In this document: in pieces, positions 1 through 11,000 of the stretch
How positions within the stretch are numbered: position 1 is the first letter of the stretch
Layout: each line of letters begins with the position of its first letter
Source: Azolla caroliniana
Lineage: Eukaryota; Plantae; Polypodiophyta
Length of the DNA: 64,000 nucleotides
Assembly (NCBI GenBank): GCA_043228905.1
Contig: JBHGNT010000008.1
Location: 20,336,001-20,400,000 of the forward strand
Reading direction: 5' to 3'
The notes under the pieces: model-generated
The model's database searches: none
What the model was told of the DNA's origin: nothing
What the model saw: the letters and a program-made list of their open reading frames with translations, nothing else
Translations under genes and position numbers: made by a program

Positions 1-424
1 TCTCTCTATGTACACTATTGCGCTCTAATCTTGCGCCAACAAGAATGACAACAACGCCCTATCCTAAGTTTGCCCTAAGTCCTATTTATACTAATATGAC
101 TTTTCGGCTATTTAAAAATATAGCCCCAATGGCCTCTCAGTAAACATATTTACGAATATGTCCCTTCATCCGGTGAGCACTTCTCACCGGGCCTTCACCA
201 TCCGGCTCTTGCCGGGTACTCCTCATCCAGTTCTCACCGGGTCTTCCGTAGCTGGGTACTCCTCATCTGGTTCTCACCGGGTCTTCTGTAGCTGGGTACT
301 CCTAGTCCGGTTCTCACCGGGTCTTCCGTAGCCGGGTACTCCTCGTCCGGTTTCAGCCCAGGCTGAGTTTGTTCATCAGCACTGTTCTTCTCACTTCCCA
401 TCTGGAGGGACCTGTCTCCCAACA
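1..424 (-). mobile_element. Partial LTR of Copia family A (Tnt1/Tork-like), running off the window start
   Basis: Minus strand begins TGTTGGGAGACAGGTCCC at 424. Contains ~39-bp tandem units (ccggttctcaccgggtcttccgtagccgggtactcctc) matching LTRs at 31483, 54780 and 60615. No PPT follows, so it is a 5' or solo LTR end. Confidence 0.85.
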
Positions 425-508
425 AGTGGTTCATTCTTCAACTGCATTCTCATCTCGAGGTCCTTAAGTGAACATATTTTGCCAATTGTGGTGAGGTTCC
501 TCTTTTAA

Positions 509-1838
509 TTACTCTTTTTCAACCTCGATGTTCAAGGCTATATCATCCAGAGCTTCGATCTCATGATTTGGGGCCTCTCTTCTCTTAAAGATCTTGATTC
601 TTTTTTCTGCAATTGGCAAAGGAAATCGAGTTGCATCTAACTCCGCTAAAAAATAGGTTGCATTGCTTTCTATTTTCTTGACCATATACGGGCCAAACCA
701 TCGTTTCGCGAACTTTCGAGCAGTGCTATATTGATTATCGAGACTACTATCATAGACAAGAACCCAATCTCCTTCTTCAATTTTTCTTTGTCGAAGACGA
801 TGCTTTCTATCAAAATTCTCCTTGTTCTTCAATCGAGCTTGGCGCAACCGTTCTATTGCCAACTCGATTTCTTCGGGCCTCCGTTCTAGTTGTTGAATCC
901 TCGTGGCTAACAAGACTTCCCGAATCATTTCCTCTTGCCATGGCAAAGATGTCCACGAAGCAACACTTTGCTCGATAGGAATTATTGGTTTTTGCCCTAA
1001 TATGAGTTCGGCCGGCATATATCCTGTAGTCGTGTTATGTGTAGTTCTATCAGCCCACAATGCATAAGGTAGTAATCGTGGCCAATTCCCCATCTTGTCG
1101 TCACAAGCCTTTGCTAGAGCTTTTACAATCAGACTAAGTCCTCGTTCCATCTTCCCATTTGCATCTGGGTTGTATGCCATGGTGAGCGATAGTTTGACGC
1201 CTATTCTTGAAAAGAATTCTTTAGCTTCATTTGCATCTAATTCTCCCCTATCAACTACTATTTTGCCAACACATCCATATCGACTAATAACATCTTCAAG
1301 GAGAAACTTACAAACCGCCGAAGTTGTTTTATTCCTTAGTGCCCGTCCTTCTACTTGGTTGGTGAGATCCTCTCTTGCTAGCATGAGATACTTCATTTGT
1401 CCTAATCCCATCGGCATAACCACTATGTCTACCAACCACTTATAGTACATTGATAATGGATATGTCGGATGAAGTTCATCCCTATGTTGAATATTCGAGT
1501 ATAATTGGCATTGCTCACATGTTTCAACATAGCTTGCTACATCTTTGTAAACACCCAGCGACCAATACTTCTCCTTGACCTTTGCAAATGTTGCCCATAT
1601 ACCTTGATGACTTGCCCACACACTATCATGAAATTCAACAATTAGTGTTTGTTCATCTTGTTTCTTGCACACCACTCGATGTGCAGTTCCATTCTTCTTC
1701 TTTGGAAATTTCCATAGATGTCCTTCTTTGAGGAAGAACTTGTAGGCCTTCTTCCTCATTCGGTAGAAGTCTTCCTTTGACCATGATTCATCCTTTGTAA
1801 GAGAGCTTAATTACTTGCCAAATTTGATGTATTCACCC
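509..1838 (-). pseudogene. Ty3/Gypsy integrase remnant (ORF 509-1759)
   Basis: H-x6-H...CEQC zinc motif, rve core (WLVDIVVM, VVDRGE, ANGKMER) and WFGPY C-terminal motif. Interrupted upstream by a Copia B LTR at 1839. Confidence 0.85.
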
Positions 1839-4117
1839 TGTTAAGTAATTAGGTAATTAACTAGGATTAATTAGAGACTAATTATATGGTTACGTTAAGC
1901 AGCGGAAGATTAGTATGATATGCACGTGAGAGTGTGTGAGAGGAAGAGAGGGGGATGATTGGATATATTGAAAAGTGTCATCAACATACAAAAATACCCA
2001 CAATGAGGTATATATACAACCCATGTGCAAAGGTACACATGTGTGGGTAGAACATAGGTACTTATGTGTAAGTCCTACATTAAATGTACTAAGGAGTGGA
2101 GGATCTAGAATATCGCACTTAAGTTCAAGGTCCTATTTAAAGGCTTAACGTCAACACATTAACTAGATTCGATCTAGGTAACTACTAAGTTACATGTGTT
2201 GACTAACTAGATTAAACTAGTTGAGTTTGATATCTTAACACGCCCCCTCAAGCTCAAGTGTGAGTTGTCCATCTAACGTCCGGTTTAGCTTCCTTCGGCT
2301 TCGTCGGCATCAGTGCGGCTTGCGGCTTTCTTCGCGGCGTTGCGCGGCTTTCTTCGCATCTTCGTGGCTTCATTGCGCGGCTCTTCGCGGCTTATTCTCC
2401 CCCTCAAGCCTGTGACGAAGGCTTGGATCCTCGGGCTCTTTTTTGGCCACTACCTTCATCACGAGGGTATAGTGATGGGCCATATACTCGTTGTAGGTGT
2501 AACGAGTGACTTGAGTTTTCGCTCGTGATGAGCAGCGGAGATTCTTGTTTGTCGATGTGAGCGCCTTCTTTGCTCCGAGTGTCCTCATGATGGGTACACT
2601 GAACTCACTGTCTAGTGAGCGAGCCGAATCATCCGAATCACAGTTGTCAAGGTGGACCTCGACTTCGTATTAGGGCATCTTACCTTTGCCTTTGTCCGAT
2701 GTCGGACTTGGCCGGGACGTGTTTTCATCGCGTGGAGGCTCTTGTGGGCCAATTAGCTCGGTAGAGCTTGGATTGTCCTTCAATGGAGGACTTGTCCTTC
2801 TCATGCATCATGGCGCGTGCTACCTCAAGTATTTGCGACTGCATTTTGTTGGGGGAGTGTGTCGACATGAGAATTCTCTACAAATGCCTTCACCTTGGAG
2901 GTAGGAGGTGAACTCGTCGGAGAAGTACTCCTTTCGTCCGTCCGATCTCAGGCATCGAATGTGCCGACCGGTTTCTTTCTCCACTTCGCTCTTCTTCTTC
3001 ATCGAGTATATCCACGTGTAGCGCGAGTGGTCGTCGATGAAGGTGACGTAGATGCGGCATTCACCGAGCATCGGCGTTTGAGCCGATCCCCATACGTCCG
3101 AGTGGATTATGTCAAGGAGGCCTTTGCTTGCGGAACTCTCCTTCGGGAATGGGAGTCGATATTGTTTGCCGAGTTGGCATGCTTCGCACACTCGGTCGAC
3201 TCATTTCGATTCGAAGGCCGGAAGTCCGATTCCGCGAAGCCGTTGGAGGTTTACGTGGCCAATTCGCTTGTGCCACAACTCGATGTTTGTCTCGGTCTTG
3301 AGACCTTTGGCGTACATGGCCGATTTAACCTCGTTCGAGTCGAGGATGAACAAGCGACTGTCTCGCCGTCCCTTGGCTATGAGTCAGCCGTTTTTCTCGA
3401 TGAAGCAACCTTCATTGTTAAAGCGGACTTGCATGCCTTGCTCCACGATTTGGCCGACCGAGACCAAATTCTTTGTTATTGTGGGCACGTGCAAGACATT
3501 CCTAATGCAGGTTTGCTCGCCTTCTTTCCCGAATGGGACATTGCCGATGTGCCGAATGGGATGCGGAGTGTCGTCTCCGGTCTCTATGTAGTCGGGTCAA
3601 TCCGGCGTTCGCAAGTCGCGAAACCACTCTTGGTGCGACGTCATGTGGTGCGAGGTGCCGGAGTCTACGACCCACGCGTTTTCGGAGTTGGAGGTGCTTG
3701 TGGAGTTTGCGGGATCGGAAGCCATCATAGACTTCGCTCTATGCCTCATCACGAAGAGTTCGCCGTAGTCCGCGTATTCCGTGTTCGCGGCATAATTTGT
3801 GAGTTTCCGGCTTGTTGAAGCTGACTCGCTTCGTCTTTTTCGGTACTCCTCTTCGCGATGGCCGATTTTGCCACAATAGTTGCACGTAGGTGGCATCGTT
3901 CACCGACCCTGTTCAGCGTGGAAGCTCCCCCTTGTTGTGCAAGTTCCTCGATGGCTTCCATTTCCTTGCCGAAATTGTGAATTCCCTTCGTGGGATAGGT
4001 CAAATTGACCTCTTCCACTTCGACCTCGTCTATGGGCACCATCCGTATCGGAGAAGAGCATTTGTTCTTCCAATGTGTTGGTCTTTCATTGAACATGGTT
4101 TTCTTCGACCAATAGCA
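1839..4117 (-). mobile_element. Internally deleted Copia family B element (3' LTR 1839-2240, PPT 2241-2255; gag end, protease, partial integrase; no RT/RNaseH)
   Basis: LTR termini TGTTAAG...CTTAACA. PPT CTTGAGGGGGCG on the minus strand. ORFs give CNYCGKIGH knuckle, WVVDSGTSHHM protease and CEACQLGKQ/IHSDVWG integrase. The 5' part is cut off by the Copia A insertion at 4118. Confidence 0.85.
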
Positions 4118-4521
4118 TGTTAGGATCTCGGTCCCTCCGGATGGGATACGAAGGCCCGACATCGGAAGACCTAGTGAGAACCGGATGTGGAGTACCCGGC
4201 ATCGGAAGACCCGGTGAGAACCTGTGAGAACCAGATGTGGAGTACCCGACAACGGAAGACCCGGTGACAACCGGATGTGGAGTACCCGGCAAGGAAGACC
4301 CGGTGAGAACCGGATGTAGAGTACCAGGCAAGGAAGACCTGGTGAGAACCGGATGACGAGTACCCAACAAGGAAGACCCGGTGAGAATTGGATGTTGCAG
4401 GCCCGGTGAGAACCTCTCACTGGATCAAGGGACATATATGTAAATATGTTCCATAGAGCCCACTGGGGCTATATTTGTAAATAGCCCGAAAGTCATATTA
4501 GTATAAATATGACCTAGGGCA

Positions 4522-4942
4522 TGTTATTCGCTTAGCCGGACAAGGCCTAACACAAGGTGTCACGGAGACACTTCACCAAAGGGGTGATTACGGCATAGGA
4601 TTAAGATTCAACGATTACACCGACTTACGTAGGTTACACGATTAGATTGCTTTGGTTAATTACACGCGTAAGATATAACAGTGATTACAGAACGGAAATC
4701 AAGACAGAAGTATAAACATCATAAGCTCTATTAATTATCCGCTGCGATTACAATGGGGTCCGGGCCTTTAAATAGGTTTCCGGCCCGTAGTACAAAACGG
4801 TGCCTATCGCACCTATTCGGGATCCGTCCGGATCTGGAACGACATACCGTTTCCAGTCCGTCCGTCCACACTATGCTCATTTACAACCATATTTAATTAA
4901 TTCCTTCACTCCGTATTTTGGACTCCTTGCCGGCCGGTAACA
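4522..4942 (-). repeat. 3' LTR of the Gypsy element
   Basis: Direct repeat of 13986-14406. TATA-like CCTATTTAAAGG on the minus strand near 4765-4776. Confidence 0.97.
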
Positions 4943-4944
4943 CA

Positions 4945-4961
4945 TGGCACGCCCGTGGGAC
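4945..4961 (+). promoter_or_regulatory. Inverted PBS-like site (TGGCACGCCCGTGGGAC) at the position where the PPT should be
   Basis: Starts with TGG 2 nt beyond the LTR end and resembles Tat-type tRNA-Arg PBS. No purine tract abuts the 3' LTR. Homologous motif at 25739-25755. Confidence 0.6.
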
Positions 4962-4994
4962 AGTACCTTGTACGTCGAACCCTGCTCGGCCCCT

Positions 4995-7994
4995 TCATTG
5001 TTCACCCAAATTGTCCAAAATACTTTGTTCAAGAATTTCCACTTGTTCTTCCGGTTGTGGTTCTTGCGGCTGTGCTTGCTGCTGCTGCTGTGGTTGCGGT
5101 TGGGACTGAGGCTGCTCCGGCTGCTCTGCTTGCTGCTGCTGCTCCGTTTGTTCCGCTGACTCCGGCTGCTCCGTTTGTCTCTCTGACTCCGGCATCTCCG
5201 TTTGACTGCTTCCGGTCCGGTCTCCTTCCAGTAACGGTTCCTCATCACTGAGGTTGACCGTAACCGGTTCTCGTTCTTTCTCTCCTCGGATCCGAGACCT
5301 CTCGTAGCTTTCAAACTGGATCTGCGCCTCCAGCCTGTCGTCGTCCAGCTGAGCTACAAGTTGCCGGACTTGCTCTAGTTGGTCCTCTGCCAAGGCTTGA
5401 AAGTCTTCGGCTAGCTCATCTCTTATGCCGGTGAAGTTTTCGGAATTCAGCATATAGCAATCATCTCCCTCCTTCCGCCGGTTCTCTACGTCGGCCCGGA
5501 GCAATTGGAGTTCCGCCGCGTTCGTGGCCCACTTGGTCCACCATTTGACGGACCCGTTGTCAATCAAGCTCTTGGTCTGGTTCAACCAGACCCGCATTAT
5601 ATCCTGGATGCGACTTGCCCCCATTTGCGCTCTGCTTTCCACCACTTGTCGCTCCTCCTTCAACTGCTTGATGAGATTTGCCGTATCCTCCGCCTGCTCT
5701 CTGTAGCGCGTCAGCTGCCCTTGATATGTCGTTTGCAGCCTCTGCAGTACCTCCGCCGCTCTTTCTTTTTCCGCCTGTTGTTGCCTGAGGAGCTCTGTCC
5801 GAACCTTCTCCGCCTCTTCCAACCGTCTTCTGTTTTCCGCTTGTTCCTTGGCGAATGCGGTTGCGGTCCGATCAACTGCTTGCCGGAGCTCATCCGTCCG
5901 TTCCTTGTGCTCCGTTTGCAACCGTTTATACTCCCGGTGCAAGTTCTCAAATTCCTCTGTTTTTTGTTTGAGCTTGCCGTTGATCTGGCGATGGTTCCGG
6001 TCTTCCCGGTCCTTTACCTGCCGGAGTTCCTCTTTCAGGCGCTCTACTTCTGTTTCGGCGTTCCTCCGGAGCCTCTCCTTCTCTTGCAGCATTTTCTCCT
6101 TCTCCTCCTTGAGCCGGTCGTACGCTTGGTGGCCTTTCCGTAAGCTCTCCTCGGCCCGGCGTAGATTCTCAGCAGTCTTTTTGAGTTCTGCCTCCGCTGC
6201 CGTCTTCAATTCTCTTTCGCGGCTCCTCAGCGCTTCTTGGGCAGCTAGCTCATCCTTTAAGTCCGCAAGCTCTTGGGCTTGTGCCGCATTTCTTTCCGGA
6301 ATGGTTTCCGTTGCCGGGGTCTGATTGCTATGTACAGGTTGATTTGACACTTTATTCTGTACATTGCCCGGAGTCACCGGTGCTTGGACTTGTGTTGTCA
6401 AAGCGAATTGAGCCATTTCCCTTGTGACCCTGTCCAAGTCTTGTTCAAGGCTCCGGATTCTGGACCGGGCCGTCTCTAGATCTACGGTTGTGACGAGCAA
6501 CCGTTCCTGGTGCGCTCTCTCTTCCGCCTCTATATACTCGACCGCTCCGGCGATTTGCTCGCCTACCCACCGTAGCCACATGCTACTGGTGCCTTGTTGC
6601 TGTACTGGTCGGGTCGGCTCATTCCCTGTGGAATTGTCTGGCCTAAGTGCCTGCATATGCCGTTCTGGTTCTACTCCTTGGCCGCCGTGTGTGCTGGCTG
6701 GGCTCGCCGGCTGTTGAGTTCCGGTTCTCGCCGTCTCCGGAGCCGTTGGACTGACTTCTTCTACAGAAGTCGACACGACCGGTTCCCTACGCACCGGTTC
6801 CGGTTCCTCCCTTGTGGTTTGCTCAGGTTGAGTTGGGGGCGTTTCTGCCTCTCGCGGGTACGACCGCTCCCCTCCTGTCTCGGCGGTCCTACTTCTTGAC
6901 CGTCGTTGGAGGTGCTCTTCTGGCTCCTCCGTTTCCTCTTCCTGTGTCACGGCATGTTTCTGTGCCGTCAAGGGTTTCGGTTCCTTCTGTCCCGATCTCC
7001 GTATGGTTATCTTGACGGGTCGGACCGGTGACACCTCCTCCGGTTCTGGGACCCGTTTCTTCCCTTTCGTCGCCTTCGACGCCAGCAGCTGCTGTCGTTT
7101 GGACGCCGGCTTCGAGGTGCTTCCTTCCGATACTCTTGGCCGCTTCTTTGGCTGAACGGTCTCGACCGGCGGCACGAGCAATGTTATCCATTGAGCGACG
7201 GCATGCCACAGCTTCCGGCCCTCCTTGCCGTCCTTTCCTCGTACCATGTCGATTGCCACGCACAAACCGTCTGCAATCAACACCGGCCAATCCACCTTGG
7301 TCCCTTCATAGGTGGCTATGATCATCCCTGCCCGATTTTTTGGCATGACAGGGGGTCGGGGGTACACGTGGCCGTACTCATGGAGCACTCGAGCTATCTC
7401 CCTGAACAGTGGATCTTCGCTGCCCTGCGTTCGATAGCCTTTGCCGGCAACAGAGTACTCACCGAAATATCGGGTGAGTTGCTCCGAGGTTGGATTATCA
7501 ATCTGAAAAATTCCTCCCTCCGGAAGGCCTGTTAGCGCACGGATCGCTTCCTCGGTGATGACTTCCTTGTCGAGCTCCTTGATGACCTGGTCGGCTTCTC
7601 TGTGCGGTGGTGCTTCCATGATGGCCAAGAACCCCTCCAGTCCGTGTTGCCTGAACCATTTCCTGGCCGCTTCCGACAGCGTTTGTGGTTCCATGTCTGC
7701 TTCGAGGTCGAGGGAAGATGGCGAGGTAGAGTGGTGATGAGAGTGAGGACGAGAGAGAGAGCGTTCTAAACGTGGGGGTTCTCTGCGTGCAGGTTCGCGT
7801 TTGCTCAGCTTCCACTGTCTTGGTGCTTCTGTGCTTCTTGGCTCGCGAAATGAAAAGGTCTCCATGCGTTCTGCTTCTTCTTTGTGCGTTTTGGCGCCTT
7901 TTTCGAGCATGCACACGTCGTGTACCAATTTAGTATTAAGTAGCGTGGCGTCTCTTAAATGCCCACTACGTACCTTTTCGCTCCTTGCTTTCAC
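4995..7994 (-). CDS. Extra ORF of the Gypsy element (GTG start 7994, first ATG 7910): putative plant-transposon/PMD-like globular domain, low-complexity linker, long coiled coil, Q/E/P tail
   Basis: Uninterrupted 999-codon ORF between pol and the 3' LTR. Motifs ITEEAIRALTGLP and GTKVDWPVLIAD; E/K/R/Q heptad-rich C-terminal half. Domain identity is inferred. Confidence 0.8.
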   Translation of the reverse strand: MKARSEKVRSGHLRDATLLNTKLVHDVCMLEKGAKTHKEEAERMETFSFREPRSTEAPRQWKLSKREPARREPPRLERSLSRPHSHHHSTSPSSLDLEADMEPQTLSEAARKWFRQHGLEGFLAIMEAPPHREADQVIKELDKEVITEEAIRALTGLPEGGIFQIDNPTSEQLTRYFGEYSVAGKGYRTQGSEDPLFREIARVLHEYGHVYPRPPVMPKNRAGMIIATYEGTKVDWPVLIADGLCVAIDMVRGKDGKEGRKLWHAVAQWITLLVPPVETVQPKKRPRVSEGSTSKPASKRQQLLASKATKGKKRVPEPEEVSPVRPVKITIRRSGQKEPKPLTAQKHAVTQEEETEEPEEHLQRRSRSRTAETGGERSYPREAETPPTQPEQTTREEPEPVRREPVVSTSVEEVSPTAPETARTGTQQPASPASTHGGQGVEPERHMQALRPDNSTGNEPTRPVQQQGTSSMWLRWVGEQIAGAVEYIEAEERAHQERLLVTTVDLETARSRIRSLEQDLDRVTREMAQFALTTQVQAPVTPGNVQNKVSNQPVHSNQTPATETIPERNAAQAQELADLKDELAAQEALRSRERELKTAAEAELKKTAENLRRAEESLRKGHQAYDRLKEEKEKMLQEKERLRRNAETEVERLKEELRQVKDREDRNHRQINGKLKQKTEEFENLHREYKRLQTEHKERTDELRQAVDRTATAFAKEQAENRRRLEEAEKVRTELLRQQQAEKERAAEVLQRLQTTYQGQLTRYREQAEDTANLIKQLKEERQVVESRAQMGASRIQDIMRVWLNQTKSLIDNGSVKWWTKWATNAAELQLLRADVENRRKEGDDCYMLNSENFTGIRDELAEDFQALAEDQLEQVRQLVAQLDDDRLEAQIQFESYERSRIRGEKEREPVTVNLSDEEPLLEGDRTGSSQTEMPESERQTEQPESAEQTEQQQQAEQPEQPQSQPQPQQQQQAQPQEPQPEEQVEILEQSILDNLGEQ

Positions 7995-8017
7995 ACCCGT
8001 TCATACCTCGATTTTTA

Positions 8018-8056
<39 letters not shown>

Positions 8057-8081
8057 CAATTTTTAATGACGGTGTGTGACC

Positions 8082-11000
8082 TTACACATCCGTAGGTCCC
8101 TTCAGACCCTTACCGTTTTCCTTACGGGTTGCCGTGTCTTCCTTCGTCTTTGCTACGGGTTCCCCGTCGTCTTTTTCTTCCGGATCGATCCGTACCGATC
8201 CCGGACAGGTTCCCGGTATAGTGCCGGTTTGCTGCATAAACGGGTTCTTTGGCATCGGTCCTTTATAGGGCTTTAGTCGAAATCCGTTCACCCACTTGCC
8301 TAGTACTTCACCGGCAAGTGTCCCTATCTGATAGGACCCGTTGTATTCTCGTGTCAGCCAATACGGGCCTGTCCATCTGAACCGGAGTTTACCCGGCATT
8401 TTGCCCATCCTCGTTTGGAATACTAGCACCGGCTTTCCAATTTCGAACATCTTCTCATTACCTTTCCGGTGACGGTCAACGAACGCTTTCCGTCGTCGCT
8501 GCTCCAGTTCCATGTGTAGGATGCTGGCCAACCGTTGCTCCTCCAATTCGCATAGTGCTGCTAGCCGCATTTCCTCCGACTTCTTTTCATTCAGCCGTTC
8601 CCGTAGTTGGATCCGTAAGCTTGGTACCTGAAACTCGACTGGCATGACCGCTTCTAAGCCGAATGCTAACCGGAACGGCGTTGTCCGGATACTTGTTTTG
8701 TATGCCGTTCGGTACGCCCATAGCGCGCTATGGAGCTTTGTATCCCAGTCCGTCCGGTTTTCGTTGACGATTTTGCGGAGAATGTTCTGCAGCGTTTTGT
8801 TGGTGGACTCTGCTAACCCGTTCGCCTGTGGGTAGTACGGTGTTGTTCGTTTATGGACCACGACATAGAACGTTGTTAAGCTTTCCACTACCTGGCCGAG
8901 GAAGTGGCCTCCTTGGTCGCTGATTAATTCAATCGGACATCCATATCGGCACCAAATGTTTTCGTACAGGAATTTTGCTGTGGATGACGCGGTGTTGTCT
9001 CTCAGGGCCTTAGCTTCCACCCATTTAGTGCAATAATCCGTTGCCACGATGACATAACGATTACCCGTTCTCATTGCCGGTGGCTTGAACGGTCCGACAA
9101 AATCCAACCCCCACTTCTGGAATGGCTCTAGTGGGAGTACCGGTTGGTGTGGCATCCGTGCTTGCTCCGTAGGCTGGCCCATTCGTTGGCATAGGTCACA
9201 TTCCTTAGCATACTTGACGGCGTCTTTTAACGTCGTGGGCCACCACAAGCCGCTCTGCCATACTTTCCTTGCCGTCGCTTCCCCGGCATAGTGTCCTCCG
9301 GCAACCCCACAGTGTGCTTCCCGTAAGATTACTTCTTTCTCGTCACTACGGACTGCCCGTCTCCATATTCCATCTGCTCCCTTGTGGTAGAGAGTGTCCC
9401 GTAATAGACAGAAATTGCGGCTCTGCACCGCCAGTCGTTTCCTCTCGTCCCGGTTCATTTCCTCCGGCGGCAGGCCCGTGCTTAGAAACTGGTGCATGTT
9501 TGTCAGCCACCTATCTTCTGATGCCACCGTGCCGTCCGCTGCCGTTTCGGGGGTGATACGGAATAACTCTGCGTCCGGGAATTCATCCGCTACTCCGTCG
9601 CCTGGTTCTCCGGACTCTAATCGGCTTAGATAGTCTGCTACGGCATGCTGGATACCGGGCCGGTGGAAAATCTCGAATTCGAACTCCTGCAACAGCAAGG
9701 TCCAACGGGCCAATTTACCGGTCAGGGACGCCTTGGACACTAAGTACAGGAGCGCCGAGTGGTCCACATGAAAGGAGAACTTCCTTCCCAATAGGTAATG
9801 CCGAAACTTTGTTACACTGTAGATCATGCCCAGGGCCTCCCGTTCCGTCGTTGAATAGTTCTTCTCCGCTTGGGACAGCTTCCGGCTGGCGTAATATACC
9901 GGCCGGTACCATTTGGGCTCCGTAAGTTGCATTAAGGCGCTGCCGATAGCGATGTCGGAAGCGTCAACGAACACATGAAATTCCTTGCTCCAATCCGGAG
10001 GTTGCACGACGGGTGCTTGCGACAAAAGTACCTTCAGGGCATTGTATGCCTTATCCTCCGTCTCCGTCCATTGGAACGGTGTCCGATGTACCACGGTGTG
10101 TAATGGTGTCGCCAAGTCCGCCAAGTGACGGAGCATCCGGCTGTGCCACCGGATTTGTCCTAAGAATCGGCTTAGTGCTTTGGCTGTTTTCGGTGCCGGT
10201 GCCCCTAGTATAGCGTTTACTTTATCCGGGTCGACCGCAATGCCCTCCTTACTTACAATGTGTCCCAGCAATATTCCACTTGAAACTCCAAAGATGCATT
10301 TTGCTGGGTTTAAGCTTAGCCGGTATAACCTACACTTTTCAAGGCATAACCGTAGGTGCTGCAAATGGTCTTTTCCCCGGCTATAGACTACAAAATCATC
10401 CAGGAAAACTTGCATGAAGGCAGGAATGTATTCGCCGAAGATCTCCATGATGATTCGCTGGAACGTTGCTGGTGCCGTTTTTAGGCCGAACATCATGACT
10501 TCGGCCACAAACACCCCCCATTCGGTGACGAACGCTGTCTTCTCCTGGTCGTCCGGGTGCATCCGGATTTGATTGTACCCGCTGAACCCGTCTAGAAAGC
10601 TATAAACTTCATGACCGGCGACGGCATCCAGTACTCCGTCCGTGAACGGAAGAGGGAATGCATCCGTAGTTGTGGCGGCATTTAGTTTCCTGTAATCTAC
10701 ACACACACGGATTTTACTGTTCTTCTTGGGGACGACGACGATGGGGCTTAGCCACGTCGCTTTCTTTACCGGCCGGATGAAGCCCACTCTTAGGAGTTTG
10801 TCGATTTCCTCCTTCACTTTGGCGGCGTAGTTGGGGTTCATTCGGTAACGTCGTTGCGCCACTGGTTTCGCGTCCTTGCCTAAGTGGATCTGATGCTGAT
10901 ATAATTGAGGGTCCAACCCTCGCATGTCTTCGTATGACCAGGCGAATACGTCGCGAAACTCCGTGAGAAGTTTGATCATCGCCGCTTTATCTTCCGGCTT

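Noticed and set aside
170-360. Regularly spaced ~39-bp repeats resembling a CRISPR array (also at 4150-4415 and 49480-50520)
   Set aside because: Units are contiguous with no unique spacers, there are no cas genes, and they lie in LTR U3 or satellite DNA.
2895-3818. Long antisense ORFs (also 5505-6143, 18730-19635, 35179-35970)
   Set aside because: They are shadows of GC-rich retroelement coding strands with no recognisable motifs.
10395-10412. RT active-site motif FLDD rather than YxDD
   Set aside because: FxDD is normal in Athila-like non-chromoviral Gypsy RTs, so it is not novel.
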